IMG/VR virus record: IMGVR_UViG_3300046653_000093
Coordinates: 151,809-215,808 of that record
Strand: one strand, 5' to 3'
Length of the DNA stretch: 64,000 bases
Shown: in pieces, positions 19,780-31,211 of the stretch
How the letters are laid out: each line of letters begins with the position of its first letter
Numbering within the stretch: the stretch's first letter is position 1
The notes under the pieces: generated by a model
Database searches by the model: none
Seen by the model: the letters and a program-made list of their open reading frames with translations, nothing else
What the model was told of the DNA's origin: nothing
Position numbers and translations under genes: made by a program

Positions 19780-22700
19780 TCAATACAGCGAGCTAAGTCC
19801 AGTATATAGTTCGGTTGCTTCGCCAAGCACATCAGCTTGTGTTGGAGTTTTAATCATCAATCGTCGTACAGACATATCTCCAGTTGATTGGCCACCAAAA
19901 TGTCCAGCATTTATATATAAACGATCTACGCCAATTAAAGTACCTCCGAAATCATTCACTATAGATGTTCCTGATGGATCAATTTTCCAACAATGAGTGC
20001 CATCAGCAGCATAAACAGCATATTGTAGGGTAGTGTCTGCTACAATTGTATTTCCTATAACAGTTTCAACGCTGCCTCCTTGGCCATAACGGATAGCTAA
20101 TAGAGTAGTACCGCTTTGCGCCAACGTAAAGCTCTGAGCAATACCAGAATCAATCTGGCCTAAATAAATTGTATTCCCAGCTTCTGTAACACCAGTCCAC
20201 CACATAATACCAATTATAAATGGTGGTGTACTGCTTCCGCCATATACTCCCCAATGATAGCCATCAATCAAACTAAGAATCTTACCAGGAGCCATTGTAG
20301 CTATGCGTCGGCCTCCAACAGGATCTGTTGTCATTTGAGGTGTGCTAGTAGCAGTAAGCACCGCAGTGCCCTCACGACTTGCCCATGATGTAATCGTGGT
20401 ACCAGTCAATGATACCCCATGTTCCATATCCCAATAACCACCAGTACTCCACGTTCCACGTTGTGGCAGATCCGGTTCAATGATAGCAAGTCGTGCTGAT
20501 TGTTGATGCCTGACACGCCAAGCCTCTCGACCAATTTCAACACATTGAGGTGCTGAATAATGTATCTGCCACAGCGTGCGATCTCCACCATCCAATCGCG
20601 TTAGATATGTACCAGGAACTGTTGCGGCAACCTGATCTTGTGCTGCGCGTACTGCATCAGAACTCATGTATGTCACAGTTGGTGTTGTGGTATTCGGGCC
20701 TAACCATTCATTCAGACGATGAATTCCGAATTGAATATTCGCACCATATAATCCACGAATCCACGAAATAAGGGCAGTCAAATCTGCGGCATAGGTAGCG
20801 GCAAGTGTACCAATTGTATTTGCCTCTGCTTCTCCCTGGATCCATAGAGCGTCCGTGAACTCATATAGACTAGTACCAAGTGCAGCGAGTGCACCGGCCA
20901 CAGTAGCCGGCAAATATACATAATCTGCACCGCTTGGCAACCAAGAAGTAATGGGTGTGCCGCCATGCCCACAATTAATTACAATAGCAGGAATATTATT
21001 TTTAACTGCCTCTGCCTGCCAACCTGTTCGTATGCCGGAGCCACTAGGGCCTGAAATTGGATCTGTATCCCATCCAGTCGTTGTAAGATATCCGCCATTG
21101 TCTCCTAGATAAAATGCATATCCAGGACGAGCTAGTATACCATTACCAACTAGTGTATTAGCGCCTGCCTTGATTGATACCGCGTTACTCTGACCAAAAA
21201 CCAATGTAATTGGCCATTGTGTAGGTAAGTAAGCCATTGCACGCAACTCAGTACATGATACAGTTAATTGTGGAACTGTCCACGCTGATCCGAAATGCTC
21301 TGCCAAATTTTCAACAACTGATCTTGCATTACCACCAAACAGCGTTCTGCTCGTGAAAGTTGCCGTAGTTGATGTGGCCATCACTCCACCAGCCGCCAAA
21401 GTTCCATCAATATATAAGGAGACTGAACTTGGGCCCGCAACAAGCTGCAGACATACCGGGACTGGTGCAACTGGTTGGGTTGTTAATTGAGTGACAGTGG
21501 CTCCGGCATCATTGGTTCGAGTGATAGACCAGACTCCAGTTGGATCGACACTCACTGCAAGACGGCTTGTCGTGCCATTGAGTGAGTATACCTGTCGCGC
21601 AGTACTAGTTGGGCTATGCTCTCGAACCCAAATACACATTTCGATTGTAGCTAATGTACAAGATGGTATTGAGTAGGTTAGAGCACATGAATTACCATAT
21701 CCTTCAACAAGTGCCGAATGACCAAACCAAATATCAGGTGAGAGTACAGGGCAGTAGCCATCAGTCCCCTGGGCCAGGATTAAATCAGTACTACCACGAG
21801 CAGGAGTAATATAGGATACTTTATCTTGTTGTAAATGCACATTAGATACTGTAATTACTGGGCCAGTTAGAGGAAATCTAGATGCGCCTCTGGTGCCTAT
21901 ATCACACAACTGCCCTTCAGCAACATTAACTGGAATAAGATTCGTTTCATAAATAACGTCAATCCATCCATCAGTTCTCGCACTAAAGCTGTATCCATTA
22001 TGATATCCAGATGGAGTTGTTAATTCATAAATTGTATAAGAAGTATCGCTACTTGGATATCTTAAACTTTGCAATGAAGGCAATTCAATAAATTGTGTAG
22101 ATGAAAATTCAAAAAATAGATGTTTTGCGTCGTATTCAGCTCCCGGTAAATACGAGAATGTAGCCCGTATCCAGCCAACGCTAGCTAGATTTCCCGGAGC
22201 AAGTCTAGCAAGACGACTACTGGTACCTGATTCAGTCAATGCAGATGCACGCGGAATTCCATCTTTATCAAATAAACTATTGACCGCAGTAAGCCCAGTC
22301 AATGTCCACGTGCCAGCAACTGGATTATTTCCAGACAGCGGCTTAATCTGAACCGTCTGCGTCTGAGAAAAATCAAAGAGCGTTGATGTGTACTCAGCTA
22401 GAGTGGCAATGGGCGGTGGGCCTTGCCATTCTGCCTCTGTTGCACTTATAGCAGTCAAAACTTGCCCAGGAGTTGGTGCCGCTGAGGCAGATATAGAAAC
22501 TACCGTAGTAGCAGTCTGTAATCCAGTAGCGTATTGAGCCACACCAATTGGTGTATGTACATGAGACGCATTAGTATTATCCTGTAGATATAGAGTTACA
22601 ACGGTTGTGCCGCTTCCGCCAATTTTTATAGCTTTATATTTGATTACCAATCTATCTGTTGATGTTACAGGGAACATTCCTTCGAACGGATTTGAATTAT

Positions 22701-23283
22701 ATAAAGTAGACGTATTACCAGTAATAATTGGTGTTGTTGTAGAAAATAAATAAGTATCGATATTACTAAGGTTACGAGAATATCCATCAATTTCTACAAC
22801 TACATATCCATCATTATTATCGACGCTTATAAAAGTATCAAATGCCCATTCTCCCTGTTGCACAAAAGGCTCTCCAATTGGTACTTCTGAAACGAACGTA
22901 CCAAGGACTACCGTTTGTCCAGAAGATATTGGTGACTTTAGAGTAATTTCAGAGCCAGGAGTATATTGACTAGTTGGAGTTAGCTGATAACCATCAGGCA
23001 ACGCATACCCATCAAGATAGAATACCTCTCCTGCTGCAATGCTTGGAACTGGTGTCTGCCATTGAGCAGATGTGCCATTTATAGCCGTTACAACTTGTCC
23101 AACGGTTGGCGCTGTCGCTGAAGAAACCGAAACTACGGTAGATGATGTTCTGATTCCGGAGGAAATCCGATCATTTGAAAGGCGAGAGTCGTTTTGTGAA
23201 ACATAACCATCCGACATACTATCAAGTTTGGCGCTATCTTCAACGGTCATGAATCCAAAATCATCAGTGAATTTCTTTAACAT
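19780..23283 (-). CDS. Fibre/spike protein with LamG-like domains and SGNH (SASA-type) carbohydrate acetylesterase domain
   Basis: FGQSNA, GGTPITSW, WIQGEAEA, D..IHY SGNH blocks; SLYIDG LamG signature; N-terminal fibre anchor shared with the 34684 gene. Confidence 0.72.
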   Translation of the reverse strand: MLKKFTDDFGFMTVEDSAKLDSMSDGYVSQNDSRLSNDRISSGIRTSSTVVSVSSATAPTVGQVVTAINGTSAQWQTPVPSIAAGEVFYLDGYALPDGYQLTPTSQYTPGSEITLKSPISSGQTVVLGTFVSEVPIGEPFVQQGEWAFDTFISVDNNDGYVVVEIDGYSRNLSNIDTYLFSTTTPIITGNTSTLYNSNPFEGMFPVTSTDRLVIKYKAIKIGGSGTTVVTLYLQDNTNASHVHTPIGVAQYATGLQTATTVVSISASAAPTPGQVLTAISATEAEWQGPPPIATLAEYTSTLFDFSQTQTVQIKPLSGNNPVAGTWTLTGLTAVNSLFDKDGIPRASALTESGTSSRLARLAPGNLASVGWIRATFSYLPGAEYDAKHLFFEFSSTQFIELPSLQSLRYPSSDTSYTIYELTTPSGYHNGYSFSARTDGWIDVIYETNLIPVNVAEGQLCDIGTRGASRFPLTGPVITVSNVHLQQDKVSYITPARGSTDLILAQGTDGYCPVLSPDIWFGHSALVEGYGNSCALTYSIPSCTLATIEMCIWVREHSPTSTARQVYSLNGTTSRLAVSVDPTGVWSITRTNDAGATVTQLTTQPVAPVPVCLQLVAGPSSVSLYIDGTLAAGGVMATSTTATFTSRTLFGGNARSVVENLAEHFGSAWTVPQLTVSCTELRAMAYLPTQWPITLVFGQSNAVSIKAGANTLVGNGILARPGYAFYLGDNGGYLTTTGWDTDPISGPSGSGIRTGWQAEAVKNNIPAIVINCGHGGTPITSWLPSGADYVYLPATVAGALAALGTSLYEFTDALWIQGEAEANTIGTLAATYAADLTALISWIRGLYGANIQFGIHRLNEWLGPNTTTPTVTYMSSDAVRAAQDQVAATVPGTYLTRLDGGDRTLWQIHYSAPQCVEIGREAWRVRHQQSARLAIIEPDLPQRGTWSTGGYWDMEHGVSLTGTTITSWASREGTAVLTATSTPQMTTDPVGGRRIATMAPGKILSLIDGYHWGVYGGSSTPPFIIGIMWWTGVTEAGNTIYLGQIDSGIAQSFTLAQSGTTLLAIRYGQGGSVETVIGNTIVADTTLQYAVYAADGTHCWKIDPSGTSIVNDFGGTLIGVDRLYINAGHFGGQSTGDMSVRRLMIKTPTQADVLGEATELYTGLSSLY

Positions 23284-23294
23284 GTTTATCCTAT

Positions 23295-24200
23295 TTAGAC
23301 GGGACTAACCGAAGTAACACCAAATGGCCTTGATGCATTGATTGCATATGTTTCCCATTTGAATTTATATTCATTAAATGAGCTTTGTCCGCTGTTCCAT
23401 GTCCAAGCAATAATAGATTCATCGTATGAACTTGTACTCGCAAAAGCAAATTGTGTTGTTGTCTGAGATCCAGGGACAATGGTTATTTCACCAATAGAAC
23501 CAATAGAGGTCTCTCGGCTAAATGTGATTACAGCATCCTCTGGTAACCCTCCGGGAGGAGTTACTAACACGTAACCGTCAACCAGCGTGGCATATCCAAA
23601 ACCAACATCACTGCGTACTTCAACATCCTTTTCTGTCCAAGAAACAGAAGCTATGTATGTTCCAATCGCTGGGACACCATTAGGTATACACAGCCCATGT
23701 ATATATAATCCTGTGCCTATTCGAGTCATTAGCCTTGGATAATGAACGGCCTTTGAAAGGTCTGGAAATATTACTTGCTGAACAACTGGAACATAATATC
23801 CATCATTTGGCCCACGATGATTAACGTGAAAACAATCGTGATGATGACGGCGATGATGGTCATGACAATGATAACCATCAAAACAACTATCATGATCAAA
23901 ATGATTATGATAGTTGTGGTTATTCCACCATCTGTGCCATTCGTGACGATCTGTGGTGTGTCTTACACATGCCGTCCATAAATGATGGTGATGATGATGG
24001 TTAGAATATCCATCATATCCATCTGGATAGTATCCATCCGGTGGATCTGAATAATATCCGTCTGGCAGAAGATAGCCATAGCCATCTAGCCAATTTCCAT
24101 AGCCGTCCAAATCAGCAGGGTATCCGTTACTATCTAGCACTTGAACTATCAAACGAACCGTCTGTCCAGTATTAGCAAATATGTAATTTACAGAACCCAT
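23295..24200 (-). CDS. Virion protein with DGY-repeat and His-rich insertion
   Basis: 9 DGY motifs; His-rich segment including a His6 run; Ig-like segment (GTGLYIH..GTYIASVSW). Confidence 0.6.
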   Translation of the reverse strand: MGSVNYIFANTGQTVRLIVQVLDSNGYPADLDGYGNWLDGYGYLLPDGYYSDPPDGYYPDGYDGYSNHHHHHHLWTACVRHTTDRHEWHRWWNNHNYHNHFDHDSCFDGYHCHDHHRRHHHDCFHVNHRGPNDGYYVPVVQQVIFPDLSKAVHYPRLMTRIGTGLYIHGLCIPNGVPAIGTYIASVSWTEKDVEVRSDVGFGYATLVDGYVLVTPPGGLPEDAVITFSRETSIGSIGEITIVPGSQTTTQFAFASTSSYDESIIAWTWNSGQSSFNEYKFKWETYAINASRPFGVTSVSPV

Positions 24201-24214
24201 GCCTATATGCCCGG

Positions 24215-24781
24215 TTATTCGTCGTCAATATTTTTCTTGAAAATAGGATCTACGGCCAAAATCGGAGCACGATCTGCCGCATCCATATCTGCATTTTCTG
24301 CGGCAAAATCTTCAGCAGACCCCTCATCCATATCCAAATCAGGAAACTCAACTTGTTCAATCTCTGGTGGTTTCCTAACAGTACGAGTTGAACCCATATC
24401 CAAAACATGAGCCACTTCAATCTTCTTGGTAAATATCTGGGGCGCTACAGACCTAATCTTGATATGCTGTCCTTTCTTGTAAATTGAACCGCTTTGAATG
24501 CTATCATCAATCTGCTTTTTTGTGATATTATACATGGATAAGCCATTTTTCTTTTTAGCAAGCAAATTTAAGCTTTGCCCACGGCGAACTGTAATGGCTA
24601 GATCACTAATTGTAATATCTTGAAAACGATTTATATTCGTAACCCAAAGCTCTTCCGGCTTGGCTAGAGGATAAAACCTTTCCTGCAATCTCTGGCTACT
24701 ACTTTTCAACTTTATCCTCAGATACAATGGCACAATCGCAGACGGTTGTGCTGTCAGCTTCGCTGACAACAGATACTTCAA
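24215..24781 (-). CDS. Hypothetical protein (start uncertain)
   Basis: 188-aa ORF in operon orientation; acidic C-terminus. Confidence 0.5.
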   Translation of the reverse strand: MKYLLSAKLTAQPSAIVPLYLRIKLKSSSQRLQERFYPLAKPEELWVTNINRFQDITISDLAITVRRGQSLNLLAKKKNGLSMYNITKKQIDDSIQSGSIYKKGQHIKIRSVAPQIFTKKIEVAHVLDMGSTRTVRKPPEIEQVEFPDLDMDEGSAEDFAAENADMDAADRAPILAVDPIFKKNIDDE

Positions 24782-24977
24782 TCGCCTTTGGTTGCTTTCG
24801 ATTATTCAAACCAACAGAGAATATGACCTCTTGACCTTTCTTCAAAGTCTTGAAACCTTCGGTGATAATGTCAGACCAATGTATAAATAAATCGGCTTCA
24901 TCTACTCTGGAGATAAATCCGTAACCAAGCTTGGCATCAAACCAAACAACCTTTCCAACATACTTTTCTTCTTGCAT
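24699..24977 (-). CDS. cspA: Cold-shock domain protein (CspA family)
   Basis: GKVVWFDAKLGYGFI (RNP1), DLFIHWSDI (RNP2), EGFKTLKKGQEV. Confidence 0.9.
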   Translation of the reverse strand: MQEEKYVGKVVWFDAKLGYGFISRVDEADLFIHWSDIITEGFKTLKKGQEVIFSVGLNNRKQPKAIEVSVVSEADSTTVCDCAIVSEDKVEK

Positions 24978-25021
24978 AATCTTCCTCTTAGCAGGTATAA
25001 CCTGCGGCTTTCAGAATTATG

Positions 25022-25321
25022 CTAATATATTGCCTTCTTTTTGAGACCAATCTTAATTTCCAAAATCTCTCGCATTAGCAGACATGCAGCAAATTCTGCC
25101 AAATCACTATAATGTTTCTCAAGAAAAGCCGTATCGTCCCATGCGAAATTGGTAAAGGGCAGAATAGAATTGAATCTAGAAAGTGCTTGATTGGCAAATT
25201 CCACCAATTGGTCTGTTGTATACACGTCATATTCACGATGACATGTATCTAGTCTCAATTTAATCAGCTTCAGAACAATATTGATATTGTTAATGGCTAC
25301 TTGACTATAATCATCAATCAT
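25022..25321 (-). CDS. Short neck/adaptor paralog
   Basis: DVYTTDQLVEFANQALSRFNSILPFTNFAWDD aligns with DVFTVDELVAFICESLTMFNEIPHFTLFTWDD of 18847..19758; start refined to MIDDYSQ. Confidence 0.55.
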   Translation of the reverse strand: MIDDYSQVAINNINIVLKLIKLRLDTCHREYDVYTTDQLVEFANQALSRFNSILPFTNFAWDDTAFLEKHYSDLAEFAACLLMREILEIKIGLKKKAIY

Positions 25322-25322
25322 A

Positions 25323-25616
25323 TTAATCCACCCGAACCATTCCCTTATGTTGATCAATGGCTTCTTGATATCCGGTATCTGGTGGCAAAACACCAACGCC
25401 ATCAACTACCAAACCACCTACACAACCAATGGTCTTATGAATTTCTGCTATTCCCAGGGCAGCGATTTGATGACGCTCAAGATCAGACTTCGCTCCCTTA
25501 GCTGCATTCTGAAACTTCTCAAGAAGCTTCCTTACTTTATCTTCGCAGCCTTGCTGACGCGCCAACTGCAAAATGATTCTGATAGTCTCTCGCTCTGATT
25601 GAATTCTTCTTGTCAT
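25323..25616 (-). CDS. Hypothetical protein
   Basis: 97-aa ORF coupled to the upstream gene by ATGA overlap. Confidence 0.6.
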   Translation of the reverse strand: MTRRIQSERETIRIILQLARQQGCEDKVRKLLEKFQNAAKGAKSDLERHQIAALGIAEIHKTIGCVGGLVVDGVGVLPPDTGYQEAIDQHKGMVRVD

Positions 25617-25942
25617 AAAAATACCTTCATTGATTCAGCTTTGGATTTGAAAGGAGGGTTGGCCAAACCAGGGATATTGCTTTTACCATTCTCTTCATAT
25701 ACCAATGTACGTTTATATGGCAATTTAGTAGATGGAAAAATTCCAATGATCTTGATCTGCGGAGGGGCTGCGTGAATTAGATTATGACAATTACTACAGA
25801 TGATTGCGATATTCATCTCGTGATTGCTAGTATCCGGGTCCGTCCGCTCTACAATATGATGCTTGTGAAGAACAGCTGTATTATTCTCTTCACATATCTC
25901 ACATACACTAGGAACCAGCCTTACTTTCTTACGCCTTCCCAT
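25613..25942 (-). CDS. Small HNH endonuclease
   Basis: CEIC..LHKHHI..NHEMNIAIICSNCHNLIH; start refined to MGRRKK. Confidence 0.8.
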   Translation of the reverse strand: MGRRKKVRLVPSVCEICEENNTAVLHKHHIVERTDPDTSNHEMNIAIICSNCHNLIHAAPPQIKIIGIFPSTKLPYKRTLVYEENGKSNIPGLANPPFKSKAESMKVFL

Positions 25943-25943
25943 A

Positions 25944-27032
25944 TTATGTGAATATATCAGGCTTTGGACAATATTTAACGATGGCCTGAGCTGCAACTCT
26001 AGCCTCTCTATCTCCGTAATCTCCCCATTGGGAAATTCGAATATTGTCCTGAGAACTTCCACCATAACCAAGCGCCGTCATGATTGGATTCGTATTTGAG
26101 TGCAAAGATCCACAAGCAGAACCAAGGCCCACAAATATTCCTTCAGCTTCCAATTGAGCCATTACATGTGGACCCATCTTTTTCCCGATGTTCAAGAAAG
26201 TAGCATGTGGAACTCTAGTTGAATTCTCGCCAATTATTTCAATACCAATTGAACTTACTGCTGATTCAATTATAGAGCGAAATGTCAATGCCCTATGATA
26301 TCTTGGCTGTAATGTCTTGATAGCTTCTTCTAATGCCACAGAAGCGGCTATAATCATTCCAGCATCAGGTGTTCCTGGCCGATCAAAGTAATATCTACTT
26401 CCAGTCCCAAATTCTCTCCACCATTTATTATCTCTTATATATAAGAAACCAACATTTACAGGACCACCAAATTTATGAGCCCCAAATGCAGCTATCATCA
26501 AATTTGGTATACTAGAAACATTAACTGGAATCTTACCAAGTGATTGGCTCATATCACAAAAGAATGGAACCTTAATGTTCTCTATATCTTGTATTGTGCC
26601 AGTTTCATTCTGTACATGAATACATATAAAAGCAGACTTTTCAGGAGGTGTAAATGTACAAGCTACAATTCCGTCTTTATTTACAAATAAATCATTGTTA
26701 CCAAAGAGTTCTCTAGCTTTTATTGCCACTGATTTATGTTCGATTGTAGAACAGTATACATTCTTGAAATTCTGTTCGCGTAGAAGTTCCAGGCCCCATT
26801 CGCAGGCTTGAGTGCAGGACGAAGTAAATATGATTTGATTGGGATTTTCTGCGCCGATCAATTTGGCAATTTTGGTTCTAGCTGCCTCAATTTCAGAAGC
26901 TGCTTGCCGTCCTGGCATTGAAATTGACATAGCATGGCCATGTCCCCCAATGGACTTATTGAAGTTTATGTATGCTTCAAGAGCTTTTGGATGAAGTGGA
27001 ATATGAGCATTCGAGTCAAGAAATAATTGCAT
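25944..27032 (-). CDS. iscS: Cysteine desulfurase (IscS/NifS family, PLP-dependent)
   Basis: FLDSNA, IEHKSV, NETGTIQ, DMSQSLGKIP, GAHKFGGP (PLP Lys), RPGT, GSAC (catalytic Cys). Confidence 0.9.
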   Translation of the reverse strand: MQLFLDSNAHIPLHPKALEAYINFNKSIGGHGHAMSISMPGRQAASEIEAARTKIAKLIGAENPNQIIFTSSCTQACEWGLELLREQNFKNVYCSTIEHKSVAIKARELFGNNDLFVNKDGIVACTFTPPEKSAFICIHVQNETGTIQDIENIKVPFFCDMSQSLGKIPVNVSSIPNLMIAAFGAHKFGGPVNVGFLYIRDNKWWREFGTGSRYYFDRPGTPDAGMIIAASVALEEAIKTLQPRYHRALTFRSIIESAVSSIGIEIIGENSTRVPHATFLNIGKKMGPHVMAQLEAEGIFVGLGSACGSLHSNTNPIMTALGYGGSSQDNIRISQWGDYGDREARVAAQAIVKYCPKPDIFT

Positions 27033-27052
27033 TAATAGTCTATATATCCCGA

Positions 27053-27565
27053 TTATACGGTGACTTCTTGAATCATTATGCTGGCATGTTCATTAACGGT
27101 AGCAACTGGACGACATTGAGCTGTATTGGTTGCCGTTCTCCATTGAAGAAGAATGGTATGCGCTCCTGCAGCTAATCCTGTTTTCCTATATACAATAGAA
27201 GCCACATTTGGTTGATTTGCTGCCGATGGACGAAGACCCGCTCCACGAACAGCAGCAGCATCAATATTAAGTTGTATATCCATATTTATATTAGGATTTG
27301 TATTACTAATACTTGCAGAAACTTCAATAAGTAAAACAGATCCTGCCGAAATAGTAATGGATTGAGTAAGTAACGTAACAAAAGCAGCTGAGCCTGTTGT
27401 TGTATTTGTGGCTTGTTCAGTAAATGTGCTTTGAAGTAATGTAGCTAATTGGATGGGAGTTTTAAATTCCCAACCGTCATTGGTAGCATTGCGTTTTAAT
27501 ATAGCATTAGCCACCCCTGCAGGTACGACCTCTGTATTAGTACAATAAAGAGCATGATCTGACAT
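27053..27565 (-). CDS. Small fibre-associated protein
   Basis: N-terminal ILKRNATNDGWE shared with 27620..29248; beta-sandwich-like C-terminus (GLAAGAHTILLQWR). Confidence 0.5.
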   Translation of the reverse strand: MSDHALYCTNTEVVPAGVANAILKRNATNDGWEFKTPIQLATLLQSTFTEQATNTTTGSAAFVTLLTQSITISAGSVLLIEVSASISNTNPNINMDIQLNIDAAAVRGAGLRPSAANQPNVASIVYRKTGLAAGAHTILLQWRTATNTAQCRPVATVNEHASIMIQEVTV

Positions 27566-27619
27566 AATTTACCTTGTAAAGTTTAATTTATTGCTGAAGA
27601 TTAATTTTTCTCGACTATA

Positions 27620-29248
27620 TTATGGAGCAATAACTACACTTCCTTGGGCTCTCCAAGCAATCGTAGTACCTACCACACCGGTAACGTTGATATTGACTGC
27701 CGTGCCAGTGATGGTGAATGTTGCATCTACTGTAAAACCAGTATCAGCCACAGTAGCTTCTACTTTAGTTGTTCCAACCTGAGTTACAGTTCCACCAGCT
27801 CTTCGGAAACCACCGAAAAGTTTGAATGATCCAGAAGCAGTACCATCTGATTTTCTAGCAGTAATCAAGACACTCAAAGTAACCGCATGCAAATCTGAGG
27901 GGGTATAAGCAGTTATATCAAATGGAGTAGCATTCGTGGTTGTGGTAGTTACATTAAATGTATCTCCGGCGATATTATCCAACTTGGCTTTATCGGTAGA
28001 GATCATGAATCCATTAACACTCTGCGTAACCGCTGCGTGAATGGTTCCACCACCTCTGGTGCCGTGTTGAGCATCAGTAGCTAGAATGCCAACCTGAATG
28101 TCATCTGGATTGATGATAATAGATCCATCGGCATTAGCCACGGCATTGAGGGTGATATTACCACTTAGGGTACCACCACCAGTGAGACCTGACCCGGCTC
28201 CAACTGTTGTAGTTGTTGGTACGGCACTAGCTGGCAAACCTGAAAGCTTTGTGAACTCAGCTGATGACATAAATCCGTTATTGGATCCATCGGCTAGATT
28301 GTGAGCCAAACCACCTTGGCTTCCAGCCGGTTGTTGCCCATGGCTATGAACATGAGCTGCGTCTGAGAATCTTCCTGTTGTCCCTGCCGCATCAGTAGTT
28401 CCTACATCTTGAACATCAGAAAGCAAACCAGGAACAACACCACTAGCTGCCGCCGTTGATGAAACTTTCCCCAAACCAAAAGCTATTGGAACTGTAGCTA
28501 AAGTACCTACAATTGCTACATATAATGAAACATTTGTTAGAGATGTTGTTGGAGTAAACGAAACAGGAAATCCATCTGATGTTCTTCTGTAATAGAACCA
28601 CAATCTCCATTTTAGATTAGCTCCAAGATCAGATCTATAGCTAAGAACTCCATAAACTTCCTGAGCATCCTGTCCAACAGGTATCGGACTAAGTACATCT
28701 GAGACCTGAGCTAAAGTACCATCAGATGTAGCAACTTGAACTGTAACACCATGCTGACCTGGAAAATCAGTTGGATTGTAAGGTTGGGTTATGGCTGGAG
28801 TAGATCCAAGTCCACCTTGTCCAGTTCCGGTTCCTGTTTCAGCTGCAGCACTAGCAAAAGAAGGCGCAACGACCCCAAGAATACCTGAACCAGCAATTGA
28901 TCCGCCCGGAGATTGACCAACAAATAGAGCGTCTGCAAGTGATAGTGGTTCACTAGTTCCAGTGGTTTGAGTTTCAGTGATTAGTGTGTAAGCCGCACGA
29001 AGTACCGAACTAACACCAACACTATCGGCATAAGAAGTAGTGGCCGCATCAGATGATCCTGGGCTTGGCGAAGCAACATTAACAATCTTCTGGCCATTAA
29101 TATCAATGCTTGAAGCAGCATCATTAAGAATGGTTTCTGGAGACTTCTGTTCCCAGCCATCATTGGTAGTATTGCGCCTTAAAATTCCACGTCCGACATT
29201 GACTGGAAATTCCTCTTTACCTGGACCATATTGTGCAAAACTAGACAT
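27620..29248 (-). CDS. Tail fibre protein
   Basis: Fibre motifs DAATTSYAD, HVHSHG, NGFMS..KL (x2), AGSGLTGGGTLSGNITL. Confidence 0.65.
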   Translation of the reverse strand: MSSFAQYGPGKEEFPVNVGRGILRRNTTNDGWEQKSPETILNDAASSIDINGQKIVNVASPSPGSSDAATTSYADSVGVSSVLRAAYTLITETQTTGTSEPLSLADALFVGQSPGGSIAGSGILGVVAPSFASAAAETGTGTGQGGLGSTPAITQPYNPTDFPGQHGVTVQVATSDGTLAQVSDVLSPIPVGQDAQEVYGVLSYRSDLGANLKWRLWFYYRRTSDGFPVSFTPTTSLTNVSLYVAIVGTLATVPIAFGLGKVSSTAAASGVVPGLLSDVQDVGTTDAAGTTGRFSDAAHVHSHGQQPAGSQGGLAHNLADGSNNGFMSSAEFTKLSGLPASAVPTTTTVGAGSGLTGGGTLSGNITLNAVANADGSIIINPDDIQVGILATDAQHGTRGGGTIHAAVTQSVNGFMISTDKAKLDNIAGDTFNVTTTTTNATPFDITAYTPSDLHAVTLSVLITARKSDGTASGSFKLFGGFRRAGGTVTQVGTTKVEATVADTGFTVDATFTITGTAVNINVTGVVGTTIAWRAQGSVVIAP

Positions 29249-29259
29249 TTGATACTCCT

Positions 29260-29814
29260 TTAAGAAACAACTTCCACATGTGCGTGCCAGTCAATAGTAC
29301 CAGATAAGCCTGTAACTATGATAACTATATTGGGCCCACTTACCGAATCGGAAACAGATAAATTTGGATCTTCTATATAATCAGGACTTGGCACTAAATC
29401 TTGCAATATTGCAGGAGATCCTGCTCCAATACGTTTGGCAGTAAACTCCCTAACAAACTTACCAATAACAACGCCAGAGCTGCGTATTGCAATAATAGTT
29501 GCCCGAACCGATATAGATCCACCAATAGAAATCGTATGACTATAGAGTGTTGTTGGTACTGAATTGGTTGTTGTAATAGATACAAAATCTTCATCTGGTG
29601 ATGATAAAAATTGAGTATCATCACCCCATTGAACGCTATCTTGACCGTCTATGACATGGAGACCATCAGCTGTTCCAAAAGTACCAGAAGGAGCCGCTGT
29701 GTATCTACCATATCCGTCAATCCAAGCTATAAAACCTGCTTGAACAGCCGTTTGCAAAGCTAATAAATCAAGATTAGCCAAATGAAAGCTTTGCTTAATA
29801 TATAGTTCTGTCAT
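29260..29814 (-). CDS. Fibre-associated protein
   Basis: C-terminal domain (TTTNSVPT..IIAIRSSG..KRIGAG..IDWHA) similar to C-terminus of 27620..29248; start refined to MTELYIK. Confidence 0.5.
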   Translation of the reverse strand: MTELYIKQSFHLANLDLLALQTAVQAGFIAWIDGYGRYTAAPSGTFGTADGLHVIDGQDSVQWGDDTQFLSSPDEDFVSITTTNSVPTTLYSHTISIGGSISVRATIIAIRSSGVVIGKFVREFTAKRIGAGSPAILQDLVPSPDYIEDPNLSVSDSVSGPNIVIIVTGLSGTIDWHAHVEVVS

Positions 29815-29852
29815 ATCTACAACATGCATAAATATTAGGTATACAATTATAA

Positions 29853-31211
<1,359 letters not shown>

